DNA from: Eledone cirrhosa
Lineage: Eukaryota
Length of the DNA stretch: 64,000 bases
Reading direction: 5' to 3'
Assembly: GCA_964016885.1 (NCBI GenBank)
Contig: OZ024741.1
Location: 76,384,001-76,448,000, forward strand
A program made the translations under genes and the position numbers. Each line of letters starts with the position of its first letter. The first letter of the stretch is position 1. Shown here piece by piece: positions 25,514 through 38,440 of the stretch. The notes below the pieces were generated by a model that did not search any database, was not told the origin of the DNA, and saw nothing but the letters and a program-made list of their open reading frames with translations.

Positions 25514-27930
25514 TTATACTTCTCTTAGGTCAGTGTTGTTTGTTTGGGTGTTGTTGTTGTTCCACTCATTCTTTCTGTTTAGCTTTGGTCTTCTAATTTC
25601 TATTTCACTGGCCTCTCTGATTTGCCTATCTGCTGGGTCATTCTTATGTTTAGATATTATTCTAATTTCTATATTGTCTATGTTACCGTCATGTTGTTGT
25701 CTAGCATGTTCGTATAGTACTGACCCGTTTTTTCGTCCTTTTAGTTCCCCCCAGTGTTGGTCTATCCTTTCACCTATGCTACGAGCTGTCTCACCTATGT
25801 ATGTTGTTGTCATGTTTCTGCAAGTACCCTCTGTACATCTTATGCTATAGACTACGTTTCTAGTTTTACAGTTTATCCGGGGGTTCACCTTACATATGAT
25901 ACATTTCCTATTGGTACAGTGGGTTTTCTTAAAAGGGTAGGTTTTGCTGATCAGGGATTTTATGGTGGTTCCTGGTTTTTCTACCACCTTTATTTTTAAG
26001 TGGGTCTTTCTCAGGGCCTTTCTACACTGGTTAGCTAATTTCCCTCCAGGGGTGGCGTCCACAAACATGACACTCTGATATCTCTGGTTGTCGTACCATG
26101 ATGTGGCCTTCCCTATCTTATGTCTAGCCCTATCTAAGCTATTCCATGATTTGCTCCTGTATAGTGGGCAAATTCCTTTCATGTCCAGTTCTATGAGGGT
26201 CTTATACTTTTCCATGGCCCCTTCGTATACTCTGACTCTGTCTCTTTGGTTGTAGCCAGAGAACTGCATGCGGTTGATGAAGTGTTGGATGTGTCTTTCC
26301 ATTTCTGTTGGGTCGCACATGCTGGACACATTCTTCATCACTCGTACCAAATCTGCGATCAGAATATTAAACTTAGCACTACTGGACATTGCTGAGTTTT
26401 TGAGTATCAGGTATTTGGAGGCCATGGGTTTAGCATAGTGTGAGTAGAGAATTTGGGCTCTCTCGTCTATAGTGTTAATCCAGAGTTCTGTGTCTAATAC
26501 AGGTAGTCTATTGTTAGGGTGTTTGGAAGGGAAGTCGATAGTTACAGTTATACTCTGGTGTATGGAATTAGCTATCTGTTGGATGCTTTCCATCGTGCTA
26601 CGTTCTAAATCAAACTTGTTAGTGCTCTCTAGTGGGGGTGTTCTTATAACTATATTGATATCGTCTACATAACGAGAGTACATGATGAGGTCTATGGAGC
26701 TTTCATTAAGGAGATCTTTAAGTCTCCTTTCCCACCATACCATGAAAAGGTTGGCAACATCACCAGCTATGCTGACGCCGATGGCTGCTCCCTCATTTTG
26801 GGTGTAGATTTTCTCATTGAACTTAAATATGTGGCCCTTTAGGGTAGTTTTGATACTAGCCCCTATTGCATGTGCGACCATTTTTCTTACCTGATCAGTG
26901 TTTTGGGGGGTCCGTATAGCTTTGGTCCACCCAATCCACCTTTCTATGGGAGTCTTTTTTGCCATTGAGGTTATGGTGGGGAGTCTACCTCTTATAGGTC
27001 TACTAGGGCAGAAACATCTAAGGTCATGGCTGTCTAGGTAGTCAGTGTCGTAGGTAAGTCTAAGTAGGAGGCCCAGTTCGTCTGTGTCGACGTCGCAGAA
27101 CTCCACCTCACTCTCAATGATCATCTCCACACATCTTTTCACGGCAAAATCAATGTTAATGGATGGGTACAGTGACACCACATCCATGCTGCCTATTATG
27201 CAGTTGGATAGGCTCCTGTTTTTGTTGCACTCACTGATTCTGCTGAGGAGGTCCTCTGTACTTTCACATACATCTGGGGACATCTTGATTATGGGGCGTA
27301 TAACCATTGAGAGGAAGTAGGAGATCCTGTAGTTGCTAGCTATATTAGCTCCGCATACGGGTCTTGTTGGTGGTCCTGTTGTCGGGTCGTCGACTGTCTT
27401 GTGGTCTTTGCAGAGCCCATACAAGGGTGGTATGCCATTGTTAGACGCCTGGAAGTTGTTGGCAGTGCGTCTGCTTGGCTTTAGGATGTCAGTCCACATC
27501 ATCATGTGAGCGTTGAGGATTTTTTCTCTCCCATCGTGTGTTTGTTGTGTAACTTCGCTCGTGTTGGTGATGTGGGGTTGCATAGCCTCGATGTAGTTCA
27601 GCATGCTATCTATTGACATCCTACCAGACTTATCTGTGGGTAGACACACTACCTCACCATCCCTTGTGCGCTGCTTGAGGCTAACCAAGCCTTCTACAGG
27701 TTTTCTCCCAAGTTGTTGGGCCTCTGGTCTGCTCTGTCTCTTAGTATACCTGTCTACTACTTGTCTAATCTTATTTCTAGCTATGGTGAACTGTGCCTCC
27801 GTCTCGTCATCTATTTGCTGTGGTATGCAAACTCTTTTATTAAAGGGTAACCTCGTAGGATAGATATTACCCATCTTATATGTTTTGTCAGCTGGGTTGA
27901 AAAATAGTTTCTCTAAGGGGTTGTCATTAT
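25514..27930 (-). CDS. Penelope-like RT + Cys-rich linker + GIY-YIG endonuclease (5'-truncated, frame open)
   Basis: PTDKSGR, LYGLCKDHK, RPVCG, GSMDVVSLYPSI, GAAIG, YSRYVDD, LPVLD, CTNRKCIIC and NVVYSIRC...YIGETARSIGERIDQH...RQIREA. The annotated ATG at 27961 lies in the inverted arm. Confidence 0.95.
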
Positions 27931-27932
27931 AT

Positions 27933-29129
27933 CTTAATGAAAGCTCCATAGACCTCATCATGTACTCTCGTTATGTAGACGATATCAATATAGTTATAAG
28001 AACACCCCCACTAGAGAGCACTAACAAGTTTGATTTAGAACGTAGCACGATGGAAAGCATCCAACAGATAGCTAATTCCATACACCAGAGTATAACTGTA
28101 ACTATCGACTTCCCTTCCAAACACCCTAACAATATACTACCTGTATTAGACACAGAACTCTGGATTAACACTATAGACGAGAGAGCCCAAATTCTCCACT
28201 CACACTATGCTAAACCCATGGCCTCCAAATACCTGATACTCAAAAACTCAGCAATGTCCAGTAGTGCTAAGTTTAATATTCTGATCGCAGATTTGGTACG
28301 AGTGATGAAGAATGTGTCCTGCATGTGCGACCCAACAGAAATGGAAAGACACATCCAACACTTCATCAACCGCATGCAGTTCTCTGGCTACAACCAAAGA
28401 GACAGAGTCAGAGTATACGAAGGGGCCATGGAAAAGTATAAGACTCTCATAGAACTGGACATGAAAGGAATTTGCCCACTATACAGGAGCAAATCATGGA
28501 ATAGCTTAGATAGGGCTAGACATAAGATAGGGAAGGCCACATCATGGTACGACAACCAGAGATATCAGAGTGTCATGTTTGTGGACGCCACCCCTGGAGG
28601 GAAATTAGCTAACCAGTGTAGAAAGGCCCTGAGAAAGACCCACTTAAAAATAAAGGTGGTAGAAAAGCCAGGAACCACCATAAAATCCCTGATCAGCAAA
28701 ACCTACCCTTTTAAGAAAACCCACTGTACCAATAGGAAATGTATCATATGTAAGGTGAACCCCCGGATAAACTGTAAAACTAGAAACGTAGTCTATAGCA
28801 TAAGATGTACAGAAGGTACTTGCAGAAACATGACAAAAACATACATAGGTGAAACAGCTCGTAGCATAGGTGAAAGGATAGACCAACACTGGGGGGAACT
28901 AAAAGGACGAAAAAACGGGTCAGTACTATACGAACATGCTAGACAACAACATGACGGTAACATAGACAACATAGAAATTAGAATAATATCTAAACATAAG
29001 AATGACCCAGCAGATAGGCAAATCAGAGAGGCCAGTGAAATAGAAATTAGAAGACCAAAGCTAAACAGAAAGAATGAGTGGAACAACAACAACACCCAAA
29101 CAAACAACACTGACCTAAGAGAAGTATAA
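27933..29129 (+). CDS. Inverted duplicate of the C-terminal half of the PLE ORF (from just before YVDD through GIY-YIG)
   Basis: Identical to the minus ORF except NILP/NRLP, HSHY/YSHY, SCM/SSM and TKT/TTT; junction at cttaatgaaagc. Confidence 0.92.
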   Translation, partial: LNESSIDLIMYSRYVDDINIVIRTPPLESTNKFDLERSTMESIQQIANSIHQSITVTIDFPSKHPNNILPVLDTELWINTIDERAQILHSHYAKPMASKYLILKNSAMSSSAKFNILIADLVRVMKNVSCMCDPTEMERHIQHFINRMQFSGYNQRDRVRVYEGAMEKYKTLIELDMKGICPLYRSKSWNSLDRARHKIGKATSWYDNQRYQSVMFVDATPGGKLANQCRKALRKTHLKIKVVEKPGTTIKSLISKTYPFKKTHCTNRKCIICKVNPRINCKTRNVVYSIRCTEGTCRNMTKTYIGETARSIGERIDQHWGELKGRKNGSVLYEHARQQHDGNIDNIEIRIISKHKNDPADRQIREASEIEIRRPKLNRKNEWNNNNTQTNNTDLREV

Positions 29130-29375
29130 ATAAGTAAATAAATAAAATAAAATAAAATAAGATAAATAAATACATACACAAGCACATAAACACACACTAG
29201 TCACCCAGCAGACACAACACTATACACACTAGTCACACAGCACACAAACGCATGCGCAAAGAAGACAAAATAAAATAAAATAAACAAACAAGCAAATAAA
29301 TAAATAAATATATAGACAGACTGAATAAAAAAAAATGGCGTAGACATACAACACAACAGGAGGAAAAAATATAAC

Positions 29376-29416
29376 ACCACTGACGATGTTGCAGATGTGC
29401 AACGAAAGATTTATGT
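29376..29416 (+). ncRNA. Hammerhead core in the PLE 3' UTR (mirror at ~25207-25247, - strand)
   Basis: CTGACGA-t-gttgca gatg tgcaac-GAAA-gatt-TA; stem II is perfect but stem I is weak (~2 bp). Confidence 0.6.
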
Positions 29417-29621
29417 AAATTATGTAAACTATATATATATGTTTGTGTCTATATTGTATCTGTATTATTTTTGACCGTCGGTCAGTCAATGTCAACATTG
29501 AGGACCGAGTAAGTTAGATCGCAGATATAAAAGACAGCGAGAAGCGAAAACCAACCAAACAGTGAGTGTGTTCTGTTATTAATTCTGGCAATATTACGCA
29601 AATATGACCCTCCCCAAGTAT

Positions 29622-29667
<46 letters not shown>

Positions 29668-29690
29668 GTATATATATATATATATATATA

Positions 29691-30101
29691 CACGGGTGTG
29701 TATGATTGTGTATAGAAGATTATATTAATAAAAGGAATTCCAAGTTTGTCTGATTTACTCGTTTTATTTACAATCCTTTAAAATTTATAATGGTATTAGA
29801 ATGAAATAGTATGGTAGAATATTAAATATTAAGTGTTAATTGAACAAGTACTTTCATGCTTTCGCAATCTTCAGGTTCTTATTCTGTGGTGACAGTCAAG
29901 TTTGCAATTTTCAACTGCAAACTTGACTGTCACCACAGAATAAGAACCTGAAGATTGCGAAAGCATGAAAGTACTTGTTCAATTAACACTTAATGTTTAA
30001 TATTCTACCATACTATTTCATTCTAATACCATTATAAATTTTAAAGGATTGTAAATAAAACGAGTAAATCAGACAAAATTGGAATTCCTTTTATTAATAT
30101 A
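29691..30101. mobile_element. ~380-bp palindromic insert with a hammerhead in each arm and a left-only 30-nt tail
   Basis: Arms 29721-29906 and 29916-30101, 9-nt spacer, tail 29691-29720, (TA)n flanks. Confidence 0.9.
29944..29980 (+). ncRNA. Minimal type I hammerhead ribozyme (mirror at 29842-29878, - strand)
   Basis: gaac-CTGAAGA-ttgc gaaa gcat-GAAA-gtac-TT-gttc: stem I gaac/gttc, GNRA-capped stem II, palindromic AGTACT stem III. Confidence 0.88.
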
Positions 30102-30279
30102 TATATATATATATATATTAAAATAACAGATTAAAGTTTAAGCAAAGAATCGCTGCTTTCACACTTAACGGGATCTTCTGAAACTTTAATCTGTTATTTT
30201 AATAAATATTTGCTCTAGGGTTCTTATATATTTGATATATATTATCCTTATCGAGCCCTCTTTGGATTTTAGTCTTCAC

Positions 30280-30337
<58 letters not shown>

Positions 30338-32255
30338 GTTCTTTGAGTCTCAGTCATTGACGTTATTTAACTGGAAAGTTTGTTGAAATGAATATCAACC
30401 CACTACCTGCAGCCTCAGATATTCAAGACGTATCGGAGGGTTCTTGCTGTTCCCAGCAAGCATGCCTTTTGAAGTGTTCCAAAAAGCGGGGCAGGACCAA
30501 TTTTCTTTAACCATCCTTGGAAACTCTTTGAGATAGTACCTAGTGCGCCTATGACAATCGGGACCACTTTGACTTCATGGCAGTTCCAAATCCTTTTTAC
30601 CTCCCACTTTAAGTCCTGGTATCGGTTAATTTTCTCCCTCTCCTTCTCTTGCACTCTCGTGTCAAATGGGCAGGCCACATCCACAATCAGGCACGATCTT
30701 TTTTCCTTGTCCAAAACCACCAGGTCAGGCCTATTGTGTTCTAATTTCTTGTCCGTCTGTATCCTAAAATCCCACAGCACCTTCACCTGATCGTTTTCTA
30801 TCACCGACTCTGGCTTATGCTCATACCACTTCTCAGAATGTGGTAAATTGTTTACTTTGCATAGATGCCAGTGGATCACACTGCCCATCACATCATGTCT
30901 CCAGCCTTTATAGTGAGTCTGGGCTAGGTGTTTACACTCGAATACAATGTGAGCCACAGTCTCCTCTCTCTCTCTCTCCACAGATCCTACACAGAGAGCT
31001 AGCCTCCTCCTTGTAAATATGGTGTTTCACCCACTTCGTTCTGAGGGCTTGCTCTTGCGCAGCCATTAGCATTCCTTCTGTAGCTTTTTTAAGGTCTCCT
31101 CTTTTTAACCAGTTCCATATCTGTGGATCTCTAAATTCACTTTTCCTAAAGAAGATACTATGAAAGGATTTTTCATGAAGGTTGCTCTTCTTCCTTGGAC
31201 ATCCCCCAGTCTATTGTCTTCTCCTTCAGTACAATTTTGAGCATTGGCTCCCTACTGTCAGTCACGTATTTGTGCAGGTTGTTTTTCTCCATCCGAACAC
31301 AGTCCTCTATGCTGATAAGACCTCTTCCACCTTCAGATCTCTTTAAGTAGAGTCTATCCACATCACTCCTCTTGTGGAACATGTTGTAGATAGTCATTAG
31401 CTTCCTAGTCTTCCTATCCATTTCTTTTTGTTCAGCAACGTTCCATTTCAGAATTCCCCCACTGTACCTAATAATAGACACAGCTTGGGAATTCACTGCA
31501 CTTATGACATTCCTACTATTTAGATATGATTTTAATACGCTCCTTACTCTCCTTATGTACTCAGATCTTATCAATTCCTTCATTTTTTTTTCTTGATGTC
31601 ATCTGTCTCCAGAACAACCTAAATATTTGTATCCCTCTTCAGTGTCAATTTCCTTTATCATCTCACCTGTTGGTACCTGGAATCCGTTGCTTCTGCCTCT
31701 CTCAATTTGCCCCTCTTCATCACCAGGACTCCACACTTATTAATACCAAATTCCATACATATATCATTACTGAAAATACGGACAGTGTCAACAAGTACAT
31801 TCAACTCCTTCTCACTCTTCCGAAAGAGTTTAAGATCGTCCATGAAGAGGAGGTGGTTGATGGTAAGCTCTCCTTTTCCCAACTTGTATCCTGCTCTCAC
31901 TTTTCGCAATATAACGGTCAGGGGTATCAGGGCAAGGACAAACAGCAGAGGGGACAAACTATCTCCCTGGAAGATACCTCTCTTGATCTGCACGCCTCCC
32001 AAGGATTCTCCACCCGATGTTAACTCTGTTTCCCAGGACTTCATACTTTTGCTCAACAACTGTCTGATGTTATCTGCCACCTTGAAGATTTCTAGGCTTT
32101 TGGTTATCCAAGAATGAGGTACCATGTCGAATGCCTTTTTGTAATCTATCCATCCCATGGCAAGACCAGTGTGTCTCTTCTTGCAATTCCTCATTACCAT
32201 CTTATCTATAAGTAACTGGTCATTTGTACCATGGGACTTCTTTCGGCATACTTTC
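30338..32255 (-). mobile_element. Dong/R4-like RLE LINE, 5'-truncated and frameshifted, ending in (TAA)n
   Basis: [51 protein letters not shown] and RPDLVV..IVDVACP; 3' end abuts (tta)n at 30285-30337. Confidence 0.9.
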
Positions 32256-32261
32256 TGTTCG

Positions 32262-32339
32262 TCCGAGGTTGATTTTGCCTTTCATCCTTACGGGGTCGAT
32301 AAAATGGTATTTGCTGGCCTTGTGCCAAAAGTAGAAACA

Positions 32340-32388
<49 letters not shown>

Positions 32389-32595
32389 GGCGCGGTGGAT
32401 TGGCAGTATCGGTAGAGGGTCGGACGCCATGCTTTGACGTATAGAGTTACATCCCTTGCCATTCTGAGTTCAAATCCCGCCGAGGTTAACTTTGCCTTTC
32501 ATCCTTATGGGGTTGATAAAATAAAGTACCAGTAATACACTGGGTAATTGCTGGCCTTGTGCCAAAAGTAGAAACAATTATTATTATTATTATTA
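32262..32595 (+). mobile_element. Partial plus full MetaSINE-like SINEs with (TTA)n tails
   Basis: Family core and tails are present. Confidence 0.8.
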
Positions 32596-33136
32596 TTACT
32601 ACTACTAATATATATATATATATATATCGAGGCTGTGTGGTTACTAAAAACGAAGTGATAAAAGGTAATTGGGACGTAAACAAGAGAAGAAAAGTTTCCC
32701 TTCGTCAGCTGTTTACTAGGGATCTTAGATGTTTCGGCGCTTAAAACATAACATCTATCCGTAGCGCGCCCATGGCCTTTTATCCATCAAAACGCCACGA
32801 GGGAAAGAAGTGATATTGAAGAGAGGAAGAAAGAAAAAGGGAAGAAGAAAAAACGAAAAAACGAAAAAACGAAAAAACGAAGTAAACATACCAATAGAAG
32901 GGGGAACACAGAACAATGGCACATGTATGTAAATAACCGAAGAGAAAATAGATCAAGTCATACCAGACCGATGGGTATAAGCCCGGTGGCCGTAACTGAG
33001 GAGCTAGGTTTTTCCGTGGCGATTTTCAGTAAAGTGAGTGTGGAGAGAGAGAGAAAGACGGATAAACCGGAAGTGAAAGGTAGTTAATCCAAAAGGGTTT
33101 ACAACGCACGTGTGACCAGGCCGAAAACAAGCAAAT

Positions 33137-33180
<44 letters not shown>

Positions 33181-33490
33181 ATGGAGTCGATCCGAAAGCG
33201 TGGTGGGACATAAGTCCGGCTGGAGAACAAATCGAACAAGACAGGTAGAGACGAGGTCACAATAGTAATATATACGGGGGAGTTGGAAGCATTTCTGAAT
33301 TGGGGGTGGGTCAGATTTAGACAACTTAATTGTAGTGATTAGTTTAGCTCTTTCCACTCTAAAATGGTCAGAAAAGTTCGATATGCGATAAACATAACAT
33401 GTACATAAATTGTAGCGCATATCCAAATGATGTGTGTTTTGGTAGTTTGTGGGGGGGGGGGGATATAACCGCCACTGTATATATATATAA

Positions 33491-33771
<281 letters not shown>

Positions 33772-33777
<6 letters not shown>

Positions 33778-34080
33778 ATACTTTGGGAGGGTCATGTTGC
33801 CAATAAAAACACACGCACCTGTTGGTTTTCACTTCAATTTATTATAAATTTCCGGTTGGTTGGTTGGCTGGTTCGATAACCGGAAGGTTGTTTAGATATT
33901 GTCAAAGCTCTTTCGTCACACATTCTGTGACCTCCTCAGTGACTAGGTTTTTATTTTGTGTCTCTCTTTTGTTCTGACCTTTTGTTTTTGTGTGTTGTAA
34001 ACTTTGATTTGATTCGGGACAAAGAATTTTATATAGAGAGTGATAATAAACATGCCTGTACTCTTCCAATATACTGAGTA
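33772..34080 (-). mobile_element. PLE 3' terminal fragment (13.7-kb family); second copy ~34279-34505
   Basis: Starts attgttatactttgggagggtcatg directly after (TA)n and matches 13758-13894. Confidence 0.8.
33901..33943 (-). ncRNA. Type I hammerhead ribozyme motif (second copy ~34405-34447, - strand)
   Basis: Reverse complement: gtca-CTGAGGA-g-gtcaca gaatg tgtgac-GAAA-gagc-TT-tgac; stems I and II intact. Confidence 0.82.
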
Positions 34081-34524
34081 CCTTTTCTAACTGTGGTTAC
34101 CCCCCCCCCCGACACAACACGGGAATCTATATATCTATATATCTTTATCTATATCTATATCTAGAGAAGAGAAGCTGCTTCTCTTCTCTTCCTCTTCTTT
34201 TCCCCTTCTACTCGTCGCACTTGTTTGTCACTTTCGCCAATAAACACTCACACACACACACATATAAATATATTTATATATTGTTATACTTTGGGAGGGT
34301 CATGTTGCCAATAAAAACATGCGCATCTGTTGGTTTTCACTTCAATTTATTACAAATTACCAGCTGGTTGGTTTAATAACCGGATAGTTGTTTATTTATT
34401 TATTATCAAAGCTCTTTCGTCACACATCCTGTGACCTCCTCAGTGACTAATTTGTTATTTTGTCTCTCTCCTATACCATTTTCTTTATGTGTACACAGAA
34501 AAACAAGATATATATATATATATA

Positions 34525-34686
34525 CCAAGGCTCTGATACGATCAACACTATAAACACAGAGCTGGCATATCTAAGAACTGCCTAACTGCCTGATGAGGTC
34601 ATAGCCATTCAATGGTTATCATCGAAATATATATAGCAGTAAATAAAGGATTATGAGTTCATGCAATTGACCTATGTTTCGTCACT
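34525..34686 (+). mobile_element. Stand-alone ~160-bp hammerhead-bearing module between (TA)n tracts (copy of 21388-21555)
   Basis: ccaaggctctgata...tatgtttcgtcac matches 21388-21555. Confidence 0.85.
34585..34640 (+). ncRNA. Type I hammerhead ribozyme motif
   Basis: actgc-CTGATGA-ggtcatagccattcaatggttatcatc-GAAA-tatata-TA-gcagt; its differences from the 21448 copy give G-U pairs in stem II. Confidence 0.88.
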
Positions 34687-34693
34687 ATATATA

Positions 34694-34780
<87 letters not shown>

Positions 34781-34781
34781 A

Positions 34782-34831
<50 letters not shown>

Positions 34832-34852
34832 TATATATTATATATATATATA

Positions 34853-34893
<41 letters not shown>

Positions 34894-35090
34894 GGCGTAT
34901 GGGTTTGTGGTTAGAGTGTTGGGCTTGCAATCTTGAAGTTGTGAGTACGATTCCCGGACCGGGTGATGCTTTGTGTCCTTGACACTTTGCATAGTTTACT
35001 CAGCTGTAGAAATGAGTTGTGACGTCACTGGTACTAAATTTTGTCAGCCATTGCCTTTCTCTTTAAATGATTATGTTTCTCCTCAAACAG

Positions 35091-35220
35091 AACATGCACT
35101 GTTCTCTGGAAATATGATGCAAACGACCTACTCAATTTGACATTGAATGATCTAGAACGAATGCTTGGTTATGAGGAAGGCCACAAACTCCACGGTTTCC
35201 TTAAAGTTCTCAAATCTAAG
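35091..35220 (+). CDS. Host gene exon: C-terminal half of the SAM domain (KTCTVLWKYDANDLLNLTLNDLERMLGYEEGHKLHGFLKVLKSK)
   Basis: Acceptor tttctcctcaaacag, consensus donor aag|gtaagt, phase 2 start matching the upstream exon. Missed by the ORF track. Confidence 0.82.
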
Positions 35221-35949
35221 GTAAGTAGAAATAGATCTAATTCATTGAAGACTGGTGAGTTAACAGAAAAATCCGAGAATATTAGAGCATAGAAAACCTC
35301 ACAGATTTTAATTTTATCTCTTTACATTATGAATTTAAATTTCCTGCAGATTAGCTGTTTTTCTTTATAATATAAAAATGGCGCCTTGTTATTTATTCTA
35401 GCTCTCTGCCCTCTGAGCTTAAATAGCGCCGTGATGAACTTTGCCTTTCATTGTTTCAGAGTTGATAAAGTAGCAATCTATGGGCTCTGTAAATTCTGTG
35501 TTAGAATCCCGCCTCTTGTAGAGCCAATGAGGGAACTTTTAAGAAGATGCTTTACCTGTAAAAAATAACCCCCCCAAATTTCCCTCGAATCACACTTGAA
35601 CGCGTAGTAAAACGGACACATTAGGTAACAGACTGTGACTGGGAAAAAAAGTGTGGTCTTCATACTTTGATCATAGAATTGTTTGATCAGGGTTGACCCG
35701 GGGTTAAACGAAAATAACAGTTATATACTTGGCGTGGCAATAAAGTCTTTGGAATAGTAGGTTGTGTGCAGTATATAGCAATAAATGTAGTTAATATTAG
35801 TTTGAATTTGAATCTTGTTGTACACGTGTGATATTCTGTATGACTGCTGTATTTTGTCACATGATTATGCATAATTATTTTGCTGTCATTCTTGTGAGTT
35901 TATTATACACGCATCGAACTGCTCAATCAACAAAAGATTTTCTCCAGAG

Positions 35950-36201
35950 GAGAAGAGTGGCAATGATCAAACACTCACCCTTAGTCCCGACTTAAATTTG
36001 TGCGATCGTTGGGTGTTCAAATTATTAAAGCAACATCTTTGAAAATTTGTTTTCGCTTTATTAGATGAGGTGGTAGATGAATCGTTGCACTGTTTTCGAC
36101 AATTGCCGAAGGAATGATTCCATAAAAAGTTAAATGCTTTGCATAAGCACTGTAAAGATGTTATTACATCCAATGCAGATTATGTTTTGCAGATGAAATA
36201 A
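35950..36201 (+). pseudogene. Tc1/mariner transposase C-terminal relic
   Basis: HSP..SPDLNLCDRWVFKLLKQHL (cf. HPPYSPDLAPxD), then DEVVDESLHCFRQLPKE*F...CKDVITSNADYV. Confidence 0.65.
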
Positions 36202-36309
36202 ATTTTAGTTTCAAAAGTTGTGACCGGCAGATAGTATCAGAAATGGAAGAACAAATGGAAGCAGCTTCCTTGGCCCGATCTGACGGTGGACTTCTTTCCT
36301 TTTATAAAA

Positions 36310-36520
36310 ACCAGTCGCTCTCCGACCCGTTTGCGGCCGTGTCCTTGGCAGTGGAGACTTCTGGTGTCTTTGGCCCTAGGGCTACCTCCCTATTCCCCAC
36401 CATAGGTGCTGAGCTAGCCAGCCGCAGGTGTGAGCCATGCGAGATGGAATGGCTCTTCCAGCGCATCTCCCTTACCATCCTCCGGGGAAATGCCTTCTCC
36501 ATTCTGTCCGCCGAGGTTGT
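36310..36520 (+). pseudogene. CRE-clade non-LTR retrotransposon C-terminal remnant
   Basis: LAVETSGVFGPRA...WLFQRISLTILRGNA resembles the AVETxGxWG...LFQRLSxxIQRGNA motif. Confidence 0.7.
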
Positions 36521-37595
36521 GGGGCGGCCAGCACGTGGGACCCCATTTGATCACTATACAGAGAGATGGGAAGGGCGAGAGAGATAGGGGCGATGACGGT
36601 GTGAGTTCCGCTCTTCCGTGTTCGGACACATTGCACCTGTCATGTGGATCATGTGATCATTTCATTTTACCAGTTAGTTGCCTAATGTTCTAACACATAC
36701 ACACGATACAAGGAAGTATATCTGATAGTAGTGAAGAAGTCATCAAGCTGTCCAGCTATAACTCGAACGCGAGAAGTATTGTGATGTTTGAGAGATATTA
36801 AAGTTTTAAGTAAAAGACAAAAAGAGTTTTGCTTACTCAAAACCAGTTCGTATTGTTTTTTGTAGTTCCATACCAGGGAACTGATAACGTAGACAAGCTT
36901 ATATTACTTGTAGACAAGTTTATGCATAGCATATCTAACGTAACCTTTGTATTAAAAAATACTTGAGTGTTATTTAAGGGAGATTTGGCGGCTAATTGGT
37001 CCAAATCGAATTTAACAAGTTTAAAGCTATATATCACTAGCTTGTATCCATTGTACTGGTAGATGTATTAGCCCTGCCTGATTTTTGCCTTGTCCTCAGT
37101 TTTCAGGATCAGCCACTCACTATAATTTGCTGTCCATCCGATCAATAGAAGAAACATTGTTCAGTACCTAGCTTAGTAAGTGTTTTTTTTTTTTATATGA
37201 GAATTAGAAAAAAGCTCTCCTTGCCTGTTCTTGGATAAATACGTCAAGCAAGGAGGCCCTATGATCAGTTAGGAACTACAGCCACGGTATATTTTATACG
37301 ATAGCCGAGTACTTTCTAGTACTTATCTGTTCATAGCAACGTTTCTTAGATCAGGCAGCTATTTAGTGTATAACACTATTTTTTGGTTATGTTTTGGCAG
37401 AAAAAGCAAGGGTATGTTGATGAACTTCAAGCCGTTCTACGAAACCGAAAGGGAAGTTTGGAAATGAAGAGTTAGGTGAGTACGAAAAGAGAGAAAAGAG
37501 AAAGGTGAACTGACAGTGAGGGAAAGTATGAGAAAGAAAGAGAAAGATCAGACACATACGTACACATTCATACATCGCACATATGTCCCACGTCG

Positions 37596-37654
<59 letters not shown>

Positions 37655-37656
37655 AA

Positions 37657-38285
37657 CTAGGCATAAGAAGAATCAAATGCTGTGTGCAAGAGAGGAGATG
37701 ACGTTGGTATCGACATGTGATGCGTATGAAGGATGACGGCTGCGTAAAAAGGTGCAGAGCGCTCAAAGTCGATGGAAGTCGTGGAGTGGGAAGACCCAGG
37801 AAGACTTGGAATGAGGTAATAAAAGCTGACCATGCCCAATTGCACCCCTCAAAGTCTATGATACAGGACTGAGATCTCTGGCGTTATGCAGTAATACAGA
37901 GACACGACTTCCCACGTACACAGGCCGAATCTGAAGCATATATACAGTATTCCCCACCCTACCTCACTCTCTCACTCTATAGTGGTCGTGTAAGTATCAC
38001 GACGAAAAGCACCCAGCCTATACTGTAAAGTGATCATGCAGGTGTCACGACAAAAAGCACCCAGTCCACACTGTAAAGTGGTCGTGTAGGTGTCACAACA
38101 AAAAAGCACCCAGTACACACTCTAAATGAGATTGGCGTTAGGAAGGGCATCCAGCTATAGAAACCCAGCCAAAATCAGTTCTTTATAAGCAAGGCATGGT
38201 CAACTGACCTAGCAGGACAACTCGTCTAACCCATGCTTGCGTGGAAGAATGGACGTAAAACGGTGATGATAATGATGGTGATGAA
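37657..38285 (+). mobile_element. RTE-like LINE 3' end with (GAT) tail
   Basis: Matches 6555-6770 and 22690-22935. Confidence 0.85.
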
Positions 38286-38286
38286 G

Positions 38287-38368
<82 letters not shown>

Positions 38369-38440
38369 GTATCGTAAAATGATGAATTTTTTAATATAAG
38401 GAACTTGTTCTTTGTTTTTATTTCATTGTTTTTATTAATT

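Larger units (their letters stand above)
24939..29628. mobile_element. Young fold-back Penelope-like retroelement inserted in (TA)n
   Basis: Near-identical inverted arms ~24994-26710 and ~27933-29628; left-only tail 24939-24993; (TA)n on both sides. Confidence 0.95.

Noticed and set aside
32630-33470. Possible degenerate PLE 3' end on the - strand (TTLSDRL; ctgacga and gaaac fragments)
   Set aside because: Motifs too decayed and hammerhead parts out of order; not supportable by eye.
36193-36201. Possible terminal exon (ttttgcag|ATGAAATAA)
   Set aside because: Coincides with the end of the mariner relic frame and is too short to support.
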